Source of the DNA: an uncultured bacterium
Lineage (GTDB): Bacteria > Verrucomicrobiota > Kiritimatiellia > RFP12 > UBA1067
Reading direction: 5' to 3'
Assembly (NCBI GenBank): GCA_902779565.1
Contig: CACZCD010000002.1
Span: 1,128-65,127 of the forward strand
Length of the DNA: 64,000 bases
In this document: one piece after another, positions 62,979 to 64,000 of the stretch
Position numbering within the stretch: position 1 is the first letter of the stretch
Layout of the letters: each line of letters begins with the position of its first letter
Notes under the pieces: model-generated
What the model was told of the DNA's origin: nothing
The model's database searches: none
What the model saw: only the letters and a program-made list of their open reading frames with translations
Made by a program: the position numbers and the translations under genes

Positions 62979-64000
62979 TCAGTCGGGATCCTGTCGGCGG
63001 TGGATGGCGTCGAGGGCGGCGGCGAGACGTTCGCGTTTCTTCATCTTCTCCGCTTCCGGCGATATGCCGAACAGGTCGGCCTCCTCCGTCGGCGGTTCTT
63101 CGGTGAAGTTGGTCACGCCGAACCCGACCAAGCGCACCGTCCGCCGTGTGCCGGGCGGCCATTCGCGGTCGAAGAGTTCGAGCATGAGGTGGCGGAACGA
63201 GATGTCGTCGCGTGCCGGGCGTTCGAAGGAGGCCTGGCGCGTAAGCGTATTGAAGAACCCATCGCGCATCTTGATCTTGGCCGTACGCGCCCAGCGTTCC
63301 TCGCGGCGGAAGCGCCGCCCGACGTCCTCCACCAGCTCGAGCAGCGTCGCCCGGACGGCCTCGCGGTCGCGCTCGTCTTCGGGGAAGGTATGCTCACGCG
63401 AAACGGATTTCTCCTCGGCCGGTTCGTACGCCACGCCGGAGTCGTCAATGCCGAAGGCGTGGTTCCGGATCGACTCCGCCGCCGCATCGCCGAGTACGCG
63501 CGTCAGGAAACGGGGATCGGCGTTCTGCAGGTCGGCGCAGGTGCGGTAGCCGTACCGTTCGAGAAGGTCGGCGGTCTTGCCGCCTACGCCCCAGAGGATG
63601 CGGATGGGCTTCGGCGCGAGGAAGGTGCGGATGCCCTCGGGATCGAACGGCATCACGAAGAGTCCGTTGGGCTTGTTCTGCTCAGAGGCGATCTTGGCGA
63701 GCAGCCGGTTCGGGGCGAGTCCCACCGAACAGGTGACGCCGCAGGCGGCACGGATCTCGGCGCGGAGCTTTTCGGCGAGCGGCTTCATGCCGCCGAAGAG
63801 GTGCGCCGTGCCGGTCACGTCCAGGAATGCTTCATCCACGGAGACGCCCTCGATGAACGGCGAAAAGCGCGTGAACACCTCGAACGCGACATCCGATACT
63901 TCCTGATACACATGCATGCGCGGCCGCACGAAGATACCGTGCGGACATTTCGCGAAGGCGGTGCGGCTGGGCATGGCGGAACGCACACCGTACTTCCGCG
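62979..64000 (-). CDS. dinB: DNA polymerase IV (Y-family), N-terminus beyond the window edge
   Basis: SVDEAFLDVTG, SVGLAPNRLLAKIAS, GVGGKT motifs; ORF runs off the window. Confidence 0.8.
   Translation of the reverse strand, partial: RKYGVRSAMPSRTAFAKCPHGIFVRPRMHVYQEVSDVAFEVFTRFSPFIEGVSVDEAFLDVTGTAHLFGGMKPLAEKLRAEIRAACGVTCSVGLAPNRLLAKIASEQNKPNGLFVMPFDPEGIRTFLAPKPIRILWGVGGKTADLLERYGYRTCADLQNADPRFLTRVLGDAAAESIRNHAFGIDDSGVAYEPAEEKSVSREHTFPEDERDREAVRATLLELVEDVGRRFRREERWARTAKIKMRDGFFNTLTRQASFERPARDDISFRHLMLELFDREWPPGTRRTVRLVGFGVTNFTEEPPTEEADLFGISPEAEKMKKRERLAAALDAIHRRQDPD

Overview
High-GC (about 60-65% by eye) bacterial chromosomal segment, almost entirely coded on the + strand (about 50 of 55 genes). 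The gene content (many secreted glycoside-hydrolase-like proteins, a heparinase II/III-like protein, Pmp-like beta-helix proteins, reverse rubrerythrin plus Fe-ADH, a Ser/Thr kinase paired with an ECF sigma factor) suggests an anaerobic, glycan-degrading member of the PVC superphylum (Kiritimatiellota, Verrucomicrobiota or Lentisphaerota); this is a guess, not a determination. Housekeeping genes recognised from protein motifs: nagA, rpoZ, smpB, a BASS transporter, lutC plus a fused lutB-lutA, glnS, larB, tmk, holB, ricT, cca, Fe-ADH, hisH, hisF, sodA/B, rubrerythrin, a fused bioW-bioF, lysC, tcdA, trpB2, an RNase II/R family enzyme, a KAS, ung, proC, a GT2, yqiA, tRNA-Ser(UGA), cysK and dinB (partial). 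There is no CRISPR array, no integrase and no obvious prophage. Features the gene calls do not explain: (1) one 19-20 bp promoter motif (consensus TATGGTATAATTCGCACCC) upstream of at least 11 genes and the tRNA, two of them apparently leaderless; (2) a pervasive family of 7-9 bp tandem-repeat blocks lying in intergenic spacers and 5' leaders (one block abuts the bioWF start codon with no SD) and, in one case, in-frame inside glnS; (3) a 186-bp MITE-like element with perfect 23-bp terminal inverted repeats and an 8-bp target-site duplication, inserted exactly at the RNase stop codon; (4) a two-gene locus, small basic ORF plus tandem classical-AAA ATPase, behind an AT-rich spacer that carries a perfect palindromic operator and sits next to tRNA-Ser; this is the best candidate for an undescribed system; (5) a membrane-anchored Ser/Thr kinase translationally coupled to an ECF sigma factor, preceded by paralogous TM-anchored helical proteins; (6) tandem DUF4339 (GYF-like) coiled-coil paralogs coupled to a GT2; (7) a giant secreted protein sandwiched between two DUF4091-like paralogs. 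All functional assignments come from motif recognition by eye; no database search was run.
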